This document shows, piece by piece, positions 10,580 to 20,000 of a stretch of 20,000 nucleotides of DNA. The notes under the pieces were generated by a model that had not been told where the DNA came from, searched no databases, and saw only the letters and a program-made list of their open reading frames with translations. The stretch comes from Atractiella rhizophila. Its lineage: Eukaryota. The translations under genes and the position numbers were made by a program. Where the stretch lies: assembly GCA_021432655.1 (NCBI GenBank), contig MU271294.1:58184-78183 (forward strand), in the 5' to 3' direction. The stretch's first letter is position 1. Every line of letters begins with the position of its first letter.

Positions 10580-12468
10580 ATGTCCATCGACTCAGCTGCT
10601 GTCCCACGCATTCCAACTATCAGAGCACGATCATCATCCACCGTCACTTCTGCGGATGCACAAACATCGAAGACCCTTGCTTCACGCCTCAAGAATGCCA
10701 AAAGCAAGTCTAGCACCATATCCTTTGGAGGGACAAAACACGCGAGACCCGGACTCTCCGTCAAGTCTTCCAACCAATCTCTTCACGAACCTGCTTTCAA
10801 AGTTCACGAGGACCTTCCACCCCCTGCTAAGCGGGAAAGGACAGAAGCTCATGGAAGGGAACGACCCTGGAGTACGGCGGATATGGAGATCTTCTCACCA
10901 GTTCAGGAGCACGACTTGATTGAGGAAGTGGGGCAGGGCTTCGAAATGTGTGGAGTAACGGATAAGGAAGAAGTTCAAGTGGACAATGTCACTCTCCCCG
11001 TCCCAATGGAGCGCGGAGCTGAGTCGAGGAGGGGATCGTATAGATCGGAGAAGTCTTCGAGGCGTTCGCTCAGGGACCAGGTCATGGTCGATGAGCCTTT
11101 GAAGGAGACCGTTATGCCAGGTGGACTGCCGATCCAGGAAGTAGATGAGGACATTGAGGTGGAAATTAGAAAGGAGGCTGCCAGGGAAGCCTCGCCTGCT
11201 AAACCTGCGCGAGTGAGTCGACATCGCCCAATCTCCCAAGTCTCGGTCTACGAGGATCCTGTCGAAGTGGCGGAGGTGGAAAAGAAGTCAACTGCTCCTC
11301 CGACACCGGTCACGGAAATCGATCCGGATAACTGGCTTCTTCTTGACCAAGAGGTTGAGGCTGAGGCTCAAAGGGAAGTTAAGAATATCAGGGAGATGTT
11401 TTCGGAACAGGTTGACGTGAGGGATACTCAGATGGTCGCTGAGTACCACGAAGAGATTTTCGAGTATATGTCCCAACTAGAGGTCTGTCTTTCCTCTGCT
11501 TTGGAGACACAGAACTCATGGGAACTCGAAAATAGGGAAAGGCGCTCCCGGATCCCAATTATATGGAACGCCAGCCTGATATCCAATGGGCCATGCGAAC
11601 TTCTCTCGTCGATTGGCTCCTTCAGATTCACATGAGATACCACATGTTACCGGAAACTCTTTGGATCGCCATCAATATCTTCGACAGGTTCCTCTCCAAG
11701 CGAATCGTCAACGTCCATAAGGTTCAACTGGTCGGAGTGACCTCCATGTTCATCGCTGCTAAATATGAAGAGGTGATGGCTCCGAGGTAAGTTCTCTGTC
11801 ATGTTCAGATCATGTCCTTTGTTCATCCCATTTCATTACAGTGTGGACGAATTTGCTTATATTACTCACGACGGTTATACGAAAGAAGAGATCCTGAAGG
11901 GTGAACGTGTCATATTAGAGACCTTGGATTTCGAGATCTCGACGTACTGCTCGCCTTACACCTGGGTGAGGAGGATCAGCAAAGCTGATGATTACGACAT
12001 CCAAACACGAACTCTTTCCAAATTTTTGATGGAAGTCACTCTTCTCGACCATCGCTTCCTTCGAGCTAAGCCCAGTTTGATCGCTGCTATCGGCATGTAT
12101 ATGGCAAGGATCATGTTGGGTCAGACTTGGGTTAGTCCTCAACTCCTGAGATATGAATCGAAGATTGACACCGCGGTATCAGAACCATGCCTTCGTCTTC
12201 TACTCTGGATTTACCGAAGCTCAGCTCTTAGGTCCGGCTAGGTTCCTTGTCGAAGTCTTGAGGGACGACCTCTTTGAAGAGAAATTTCTATACAAAAAGT
12301 ATTCAAATAAGAAGTGTACGCTCGGCTATTCTTTCTTTCAGCATCCGAAATAACGCGGGATGGGCGATAGTTTTAAAGGCAAGCGCATATGCACGAAACT
12401 GGTCTTTGTCTGAGGCCAGTCAGGAATTCATGGACAAGCAGCCCAGTAGAACACCTCTGCCATCATAA
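10580..12468 (+). CDS. B-type (G2/M, Clb-family) cyclin; 5' end uncertain, possibly truncated
   Basis: Exons 10580?-11482, 11536-11786, 11842-12130, 12183-12315, 12371-12468 with GT-AG introns of 53, 55, 52 and 55 nt splice in frame (557 aa from ATG 10580). Cyclin box MRTSLVDWL...ETLWIAINIFDRFLS...LQ-like VQLVGVTSMFIAAKYEE; RRISKADDYDIQTRTLSKFL; KKFLKAS. Confidence 0.95.
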
Positions 12469-12998
12469 AGTTCCCGTTACGATTGCTTCCTCTCAGTTGC
12501 TTTTTATACGGTATTATGTGATGTTCCCTCTCTCTTCCTATTTTTTTTGGCTAGTGAGTACCCAATTATCTATCCTTTTTTCATGACTCCTTTTCTGCTC
12601 TCAAGCCGTATTGATTTGTTACCTCTTTCCGCATTCCGCCAGTGAGTTCACGACTTGTTGTCATCCCCCTTCGTCTTTCTTTAACTCGAAGTAAGCTTGA
12701 AATGTCTATACGCAACAGGCAGTCTTCAGTGAATCTATGAATATCAATTTGTCTCTCCGAATGGTGCAGAAAGATATGGCGAACGTGACATTGCAACCTT
12801 GAAACAGCTTGGACACAACTACAGGTTTGCTAAAGCAATACAGACACGGCTCCTGATGTGGACCAATATAGTTAGGACGGTGGTTACAATACTTGATAAA
12901 TTTCTGGGAACATGAAACAAAACTGTGAGCTTCAAGGTTCAAGGAGCGAACAGTGTCGGTAAAGGCTAGATGAAACGTCGTAAGTAGAACCGAGATGT

Positions 12999-14120
12999 TT
13001 AGGCAAAGAAATCGTTGTTTCTGACAAAGGAAGGTGTAGGAGGCTTGTCCAAAGTGGAGAGACTGGACGACGAAGAAGTTTGCTGAGGACCAACATGACC
13101 ACTGGCCTGCTTCGCGCTGCTACTGATCCAGTTGTCGCGGGACTCCTGGAGATCGAAAAAGGTGGCCGGAAGAAAAGCTCTCAATTCATCCAACTCCTGC
13201 GATGGAACGTGAGCTCTCAGTTCGACGCTAGCATCGTCTTTGATAAACTTAGACTCGATTCCTCCTTCCTTCAACATACACAAGAAGTCAAACAGGGCAA
13301 TCTCAAAGCTCAGACCACAGATGATCGTGTGCATGAGGGAGAGCTGAGATTCGTGAGACCAATCCTCGCAAGCGACGTCCACAATGTCGTGAGGCTCCTC
13401 GATATACTTCCAGAACCTGAATCCTGGTCGCTTGTTCACAGCTCTCTTCAAGATTAAGCATGCCTTGTCATCCCTTTCCACCAGAGTGACGCTTTCGATA
13501 GTCTCTTTGGGGAAGTCAGCAAAAAACCAGATGTCAGCGAACGCCACAGCTATGGTCATAGTTGAGGTTTGCGCGGCGAAGGAGAGCAGAAGAGGCGACT
13601 CCAATGTGGTAAAGCGGCTGAAAGTCCCGACGACAAGGGTCGAAAGGGTGTAGGAGGTTAGGACTTGAGGTTGCGCCGGGGTACGCACGGATGTCGGTGG
13701 CGTTCGATGAAACCTCGAAGTCTGGGATGAAAAGTTGTGTTGTGGAGTGTGGTATGGAGTGACAGTTTGGGAACGCGTGGAGGGCGACGTGCCACTGGCG
13801 GTGATAGCAGGAGATGTACGAGCGCGTTTGAGAGGGGTATTAGCTGCCAACGCGTCCCTAGCTTGTTTCCTAAGTCCCTAACGCGTCAACTTCAAATCAG
13901 CAAGAGAGGCAGGGAAAACATACCTTCGCCATTCAAACCACGCGACTATTTTGCAGTCCGTGAGTTTAGTTTCAACTTTTACTTGTGCCTTTTTGACCCT
14001 GGAGAACTTGGTCCAATATATCTGATCCTTGAAATAAGACTCTAGAATCTCCTCTTGCGCGCTCGTAATGCCATCCGGACGCGTAACTTCACTTCGTGAC
14101 GTAGAATTTGCTCTCTTCAT
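12999..14120 (-). CDS. Divergent homeodomain protein with Hoy1/Phx1/Pah1-type PH-like domain
   Basis: Exon 14120-13924, 54-nt GTATGT..TAG intron (13923-13870) and exon 13869-12999 join in frame (355 aa). TSAQEEILESYF...LTDCKIVAWFEWRRK fits homeodomain helix 1/3 patterns. TLVVGTFSR...FPKETIESVTL...RPGF...CEDWSHESQLS resembles the Hoy1/Phx1 C-terminal domain as recalled. Extra terminal exons are possible. Confidence 0.65.
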
Positions 14121-14568
14121 CCTTTCTTTGAAGGTTCTGTATTATGAGGGAAATATTGAACGAGATGTTGATCTCAACCTTTGTTTTGAAAAATGTGAAA
14201 AAGGTTGGAAAATGTTTTAAACATTCAAACATAAACACAGGAAGCTAAATGTTTGCAACGGCGGTGGTTGTCAGTTTCAACAGGTTTCGTAATTTCTCGC
14301 CGAATTGACTTCTGGAATGAGATTAACATATTAAAAACGTGGAACTTGGTGGAACACCACAAACAAACGCATCAATGAGCCGAGACAACGTCTGTGCTGA
14401 GCATAAAGTGTCCATACACGATAATCATGATCATACGTATTGGTGGCGGGCAGGATAAAGCAGAAAAACGACAGAAAACTAAATGGCGGGGGATCAAGAA
14501 TGGTACTCCCAAACTTGCTCCATGATGAGGCAGAACAACGGATGGAGCATCTATTGCACACTATGATG

Positions 14569-15257
14569 CTACAGCTCTGTCAGTATCTGAATCTTTGAGT
14601 GGAAGTAGCAGTCACCTTTGCTCTGCTGCACGACAGCCTCCTTATAAAGATCTCTCGCTGCCTCTTTCAGCTCTGCTAGTTGTCCAATTTCTGTAATCAC
14701 ATCAGAACCTACTCAAGAGTCCCACATTGAAATGCTAACGCTGGTCATCGAACTGGGAAACGCTATCGTGAGGATTGACATTATGAACGAGACGGAAAGA
14801 GACACACCTTGTCTAGATCGTCGGAGCTCAGCTGCCCAAATTGGTCTGGATGTGATGATTCCAGTTTATCCAGGTATTCTCTCCATTGCCCCAAAAAATG
14901 TAAAAGTTGGATTGGGTTCGTGACTGACATAAGTTCAAATTGAGTATCACATCGAAATAGGGTAGGTATACTTTCCATACCTTCTTTATGTCGCCGAAAC
15001 TCTGCCTGCCAAACACCCAAACATCATCCTGAGTTTGCGCGCAGTGAATGTTCAAAGCACTTTACCTTCACATAGTCATCACCCAGGAACCGCATCGAAG
15101 GGTCCCTTAGCACCTTGTAATGTGCACGGAGTAACCTCCTTCCTTCGACAAATACATCAGAAAGTGACGTCTAAAACGCCTGGGCTCTGAACGTGGCAAA
15201 AAAAAACCTGTACCGATACAGTATTATTGGAGGAAGAAGATTCTGTGGAATAGCCAT
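14569..15257 (-). CDS. SDH7: Succinate dehydrogenase assembly factor 3 (Sdh7/Acn9, LYR-motif protein)
   Basis: Exons 15257-15214, 15138-15066, 15005-14981, 14923-14808, 14752-14740, 14690-14569 give 130 aa: MAIPQNLLPPIILYRRLLRAH...MRFLGDDYVKAEFRRHKEVTNPIQLLHFLGQWREYLD...QQIGQLAEL. Not visible in the ORF track. The last exon end is less certain. Confidence 0.9.
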
Positions 15258-16089
15258 TTTGCACTTCGCACTCGGTCCCAATGTCAATGTCCTTGAGAAA
15301 CAACCTAAAGTTGGGTAGTTGCTGTCAACAAACCAAACCTCTTACTTTCTTTTACTGGCGAACTGTTGGTGGCGGCAATGGGCGGAAGCGGAACCTAGTC
15401 TTCCCTGAACATACTTTCACAACAATATTACATTACAACCAGAATCGATAATATTACCTGACCTCAATGGTATTACTCCGTGTTATTCTGGTGTCCTAAC
15501 CCTGGTGGGTGTGAAATTTGATATGTTTCAGATTACCTTTGCATGTTCTAGGCCACATTACGAGACAATTGTACCTTGTGCATGTAGTCCACATCATTGC
15601 AACCACGAGATCCAAAGCAATGTGCTTTCGTCTCTAGACACAATCTTTCCCCGGATAGGCGCGTTGATATATCATTATCGCTCACGTTGTATGCGAATCT
15701 AGTAAAATAAATGTCAGTAAATGCTGAATGGCTGCTCGAGATGGTCGTGTCGACCTGAACGTCTTTCACATATCACTGCTGTGCGACGAGGAAGTAGCTC
15801 AAGCTCTCAAGGGCAGGGCCAAAATATATATTTCCAAGGACCTTGAGAAGGTCCATTCGCGGATTAATCCTGTTTGAGATTTTCTTCATGTCAGCAATAT
15901 GGTTGTAGCTGTAACGACTGAAGCCAGTTTCATGGTTCTGTCTGTAGGTGTCAAGCGCATGTTCTGGACGGAGCCAGCGGTGGAAGTGGAAAGTCACCCC
16001 ACGTCAAGACAGTATGCTCATTGCCCCTTTTGCTGGCGTACACTAAGTTGTTAGGCTCATGGTGGACATGACGCATTGAAGCTTGCAAC

Positions 16090-16272
16090 TGTTGGAGTTG
16101 GAGTTTTATGGTTGGTCCATCACTCACAGATAAGGTTCCAGCGCATATTCCCTGAGACCCATCTGCATCGACGATGACGGTCTCAGGTGAGTCTCATTGT
16201 ATTTACCTTCGTTCACTTATAGATCTGCACTGACGATGATGGTCTCAGTCGTCTCAGGTCCCTCCGCTAACA
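16090..16272. mobile_element. 183-bp solo LTR (or LTR-like insertion) with 5-bp TSD GCAAC
   Basis: Starts TGTTGG, ends CTAACA, flanked by GCAAC at 16085-16089 and 16273-16277. Copy B has a single GCAAC (19089-19093) and lacks the insert. Confidence 0.85.
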
Positions 16273-17110
16273 GCAACCAATGAGGGATAGCTCAACTGGA
16301 GGAATCCACTGGCGGTTTTCCTCTGAAATCGTCGCTTTAACTAACATGGAGGAATCTGAAGAAATACATCCCTGCTTCCTGAAACGTGGCAGATTGGCGA
16401 CTTCTTATGTGGAATCAAGAAAGCACCTGATGGCCCATTTCGCGTCGATATGGGAGTATGCTAGATTATTTGAAGGTGTGTTATAGGCAGCGTGGGTTAA
16501 GGAGAACGATGCAAGTATCTGCACATTTTATCATTTTGAGATTGATAGATGCCTTACAATTTATATTCGATGTTGCACCTTCCTTGAAAGTGAGAGTCAG
16601 CCAAGGTGCCATTAGCAGTGAGCAGATGACAGAATTTCGCACAGGATCAACAAAGACTCGGAGGCGATGGTCACTTCAGGCGATCTAACGTTAGCCACCT
16701 GACAATGACAGAGGCCGCGATTCGAAAGAAACCTGACAGAAGGGATCAAAAATTATCCACGCTTCTACTATCTATGCCTTCACTGGAAGTACTTTGGTGA
16801 ATTCCTTCTCAATCAGCATTCTTCAAGCTCTTCCATTCGAACAGAGCAGCAAAGGAAACGACACCGCGTGGATCAACAACTTCAAGGGAAAAAAGAAGAT
16901 GAAATGCATAATAAATTGCTTGTCAGCCACAAATTACAACAGCACTATCCAACGTATTGAGGTACTCATCTAGCACTGTCTCAAAAAAGTCCTCAGGCTT
17001 CTTCCCTGAAAATCGTCCGCGAACCATTAACGACGCTGTACCAGTAAAAATGTAGACAGACAAATCTTGCATGGTTTAAGATATAATGTGCAGAAAAGGG
17101 AAGACATGGG

Positions 17111-18188
17111 TCATGCGAACGAAGCTGACCGTGAATGCGAATGCGATGAACGAGAAGCGAATGAGAGCGTTGGACTCGGTTCGTTGAGCCTTATCTCCTT
17201 TGTGACCTTCTGCAATCGTTCGAGGTTGGCCTCATTGATCGGGAACTTGTAGCCCTCCCACGGTCTAAGACAGCGTATCAAGACGCTAATTATGGCTGGG
17301 AAAGGAGAAAGACGGACCGTATTCGATTGACAGGCAGGAACCAAATCCTCCAATCCCTCCCAAACACCTGTACCCAATTCCGTCTCCATCCGAGATCATA
17401 AACCCTCCACTTCTCGCCTGCACTGATCAATGCCTCTCTCTCTGCCCTCGTCAACATGTGATCCGCCTTGAAAGCCCAAGGTGGGTACTCCTCCTCGTTC
17501 AATGTCGGGAGCTTGACTCGGAAAGGGTTCGACCGTTCCATCGCCTCGATTGTCGTGAGGTTCCGTAGGAGGAGACTGATGTGGTACATGGTGAATCCTC
17601 CCACTGTGGCACCGACGGAACCTCCTGAAAGGGCCAGAAAGGCACATAGGACGGGGAAAAATTCGCCCAGGTCCTATATATCACAGTTAACAGGGTATGC
17701 ACAGGCCAATGGAGACTAACGGCGGAGGAAACATTATCAATGTAATCTATGAGTGTGATGGTGCCTAGGTAGCAGGCAAAGGCACACATAAAGCTGGAGT
17801 AGAAGATGAAAAGCTGCCCATACTCTCAGTGACCTTCTAGCCGGTGGAGGAAATGACTGACGAAGAACTGCTTGTAATTGTACAGTCCGATGCATCCACC
17901 TTCGAAAACAATAAAAATCACGTCTTGGGGGAAAAGGCGCAAGGGCGTACCTGTCCATGGACAGTGATGGTCGTGTTTCAGGAAGCACCTGTTGCAAATA
18001 CTGCAGTGGTGTGCTGCCCACGATAGAGAACCAGTCAGTGCTGCCTCACTCGCCCACCCAAAGACTCTCACCTCGGTCTGGTTTCGGAACTTGACACTTT
18101 TTACAGAACCTTCCGGTCCCGTCGCTCTTAACCATTACACATTCCTCTCTAACCGTTCCATCGTCCCAATGCTCATTCTCATTCTCCG
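17111..18188 (-). pseudogene. PFA3: 5'-truncated DHHC palmitoyltransferase (Pfa3-like); reading frame and splice sites intact
   Basis: Exons 18188-18072, 18013-17951, 17899-17862, 17813-17721, 17673-17318, 17264-17111: [47 protein letters not shown]...NLTTIE...YDLGWRRNWVQVFG. The N-terminal TM helices are missing. The PFA3 subfamily call is less sure than DHHC. Confidence 0.85.
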
Positions 18189-18203
18189 AAAAAAACACTG
18201 TAC

Positions 18204-18247
18204 CGATACAGTATTATTGGAGGAAGAAGATTCTGTGGAATAGCCAT
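18204..18247 (-). pseudogene. SDH7: Orphan duplicate of SDH7 exon 1
   Basis: Identical to 15214-15257 (MAIPQNLLPPIILYR), with donor GTACAG at 18203 and its upstream region retained. Confidence 0.9.
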
Positions 18248-18759
18248 TTTGCACTTCGCACTCGGTCCCAATGTCAATGTCCTTAAGAAACAACCTAAAG
18301 TTGGGTAGTTGCTGTCAACAAACCAAATCTCTTACTTTCTTTGCTGGCGAACCGTTGGTGGCGCCAATGGGCGGAAGCGGAACCTAGTCTTGCCGCAACA
18401 CAACCATGACAATATTACATTACAACTATAATCGATAAAATTACTACCTGACCTCAATGGTATTACTCCTTGTTATTCTGGGGTCCTAGCCATGGTGGGT
18501 GTGAAATTTGATATGTTTCGGATTACTTTTGCATGTTCTGGGCCACATTACGAGACCACTGTACCTTGTGCATGTAGTCCACATCATTGCAACCGTGAGC
18601 ACGAGATCCAAAGCAATGTGCTTTCGTCTCTAGACACAATCTTTCCGGGATAGGCACGTTCACATATCGTTATCGTTCACATTGTATGCGCTTAGTAAAA
18701 TAATGTTAGTAAATGCGGAATGGCTGCTCGAGATGGTCATGTCGACCTGAAGGTCTTTC

Positions 18760-19803
18760 ACATATCACTGCTGTACGACGAGGAAGTAGCTCAAGCTCTC
18801 AAGGGCAAGCCCAAAATATATATTTCCAAGGACCTCGAGAAGGTCCATCCGCGGATTAGTCCTGTTTGAGATTTTCTTTATGTCAGAAATATGGTTGTAG
18901 CGGTAACGACTGAAGCCAGGTTGCATGCATCTGTCTGGAGGTGTTAAGCGCATGTTCTGAACTGAGTCAGCGGTTGGATTGGAAAAGTCACCCCATGTCA
19001 AGACAGTACGTTCGTTACCTCATACTTCACGTTTTGCCGGCATACACCAAGTTGTTAGGCTCATGGTGGACATGACGCATTGAAGCTCGCAACCCATGAG
19101 GGATAGCTCGACTGGCGGAATCCACTGGCGGTTTTTCCTCTGAAACCGTCGCTTCAACTAACTTGGAGGAATCTGAAGAAATACATCTCTGCTTCCTGAA
19201 ATGTGGCTGATTGGCGACTTTTTATGTGAAATCAAGAAAGCACCTGATGGCCCACTTCCCAACGATGTGGGAGTATGCTAGAATATTTGAAGGTGTGTCA
19301 CAGGCAGCTAGGCTCAAGGGGAAGGGGAATGATTGTAAGCATTCTTTCGGCACATTTTATCATTTTGAGACTGATAGATGCCTTACGAATTTATCTTCGA
19401 TGGTGCACCTTCCTTGAATGTGAGAGTCAGCCAAGGTACCATTAGCGGCGAGCAGAAGACAAAATTTCGCACAGGATCAACAAAAGAGGCAATGCTCACT
19501 TCCGGCGAGTCTAACGTTAGCCACCTGACACTGACAGGGCCGCGATTCGAAAGCAACATGGCAGAAAGGATCAAAATTATACACGCTTCTACTAATCTAT
19601 GCCTTCACTGGAATCACAGGTACTTTGGTGGATTCCTTCTCAATCAGGATTCTTCAAGCTCTTCCATTCGAACAGAGCAGCAAAGGAAACGGCACCGCGT
19701 GGATCAACAAGTGCAAAGGAAAAAAGAAGATGAAATGCATAATAAATTGCTTGTCAGCACAAATTACAACAGCACTGTCAAACGTATTGAGGTACTCATC
19801 TAG
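18760..19803 (+). other. Possible degenerate spliced gene or TE relic of unknown family (paralogous to ~15770-16973)
   Basis: Protein-like fragments in both copies (DEEVAQALKG; SRKHLMAHF..WEYAR.FEGV) and an intron-like GTAAGC..CTGATAG at 19335-19377, but with stops and frame differences between copies. No family recognised. Confidence 0.25.
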
Positions 19804-19941
19804 CACTGTCTCAAAAAAGTCCTCAGGCCGCTTCCCTGAAAATCGTCCGCGAACCATTAATGATGCTCTACCAGTAAAAATGTAGACAGACAAATCTTGC
19901 ATGGTTTTAAGATATAATGTGCAGAAAAGGGAAGACATGGG

Positions 19942-20000
19942 TCATGCGAACGAAGCTGACCGTGAATGCGAATGCGATGAACGAGAAGCGAATGAGAGCG
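19942..20000 (-). CDS. PFA3: 3' end of a second DHHC/Pfa3-like copy, continuing beyond the window
   Basis: Identical to 17111-17169, including the stop codon. Confidence 0.8.
   Translation of the reverse strand, partial: LSFASRSSHSHSRSASFA

Larger units (their letters stand above)
15198..20000. repeat. ~3 kb tandem duplication: copy A 15198-18188, copy B 18189 to beyond the window end
   Basis: 15211 onward matches 18201 onward (offset 2990). 17041-17169 matches 19871-20000 with one indel. Colinear in between. Confidence 0.97.

Noticed and set aside
10531..10773. 81-aa N-terminal extension of gag in the ORF track
   Set aside because: It starts at TTG and is mostly antisense of cyclin sequence. 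Gag more plausibly starts at ATG 10530 (AAAGATGG).
12581..12965. Extra 3' exons of the homeodomain gene
   Set aside because: The candidate donor at 13025 and acceptor at 12966 are out of phase with the open frame, so it is unsupported without RNA data.

Overview
This is fungal genomic DNA, probably a basidiomycete (inferred from ~50-60 nt GT-AG introns and the gene families), in a heavily rearranged region. From left to right: (1) an old tandem duplication (617-1833 / 1834-3102) leaves a 5' fragment and a full copy of an F-box/LRR-like gene (to 4547). (2) A minus-strand Ty1/copia LTR retrotransposon (~4974-10555) has a 3' LTR and PPT, one in-frame TGA inside integrase, CpG-decay substitutions, and no 5' LTR or PBS. 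(3) Its gag start abuts head-to-head a 5-exon B-type cyclin gene. (4) A convergent gene encodes a very divergent homeodomain (WFEWRR) plus a Hoy1/Phx1-type PH-like domain. (5) An intact 6-exon SDH7/ACN9 gene follows. (6) A ~3 kb tandem duplication (15198-18188 / 18189->20000) joins SDH7 exon 1 to the catalytic half of a PFA3-like DHHC palmitoyltransferase; copy A carries a 183-bp solo LTR whose empty site is visible in copy B. I see no clear new multi-gene system. The best leads are the possible SDH7::DHHC chimeric gene, the promoter-less cyclin/copia junction and the Asn51->Trp homeodomain. All protein family calls are motif recognition by eye, not database searches.
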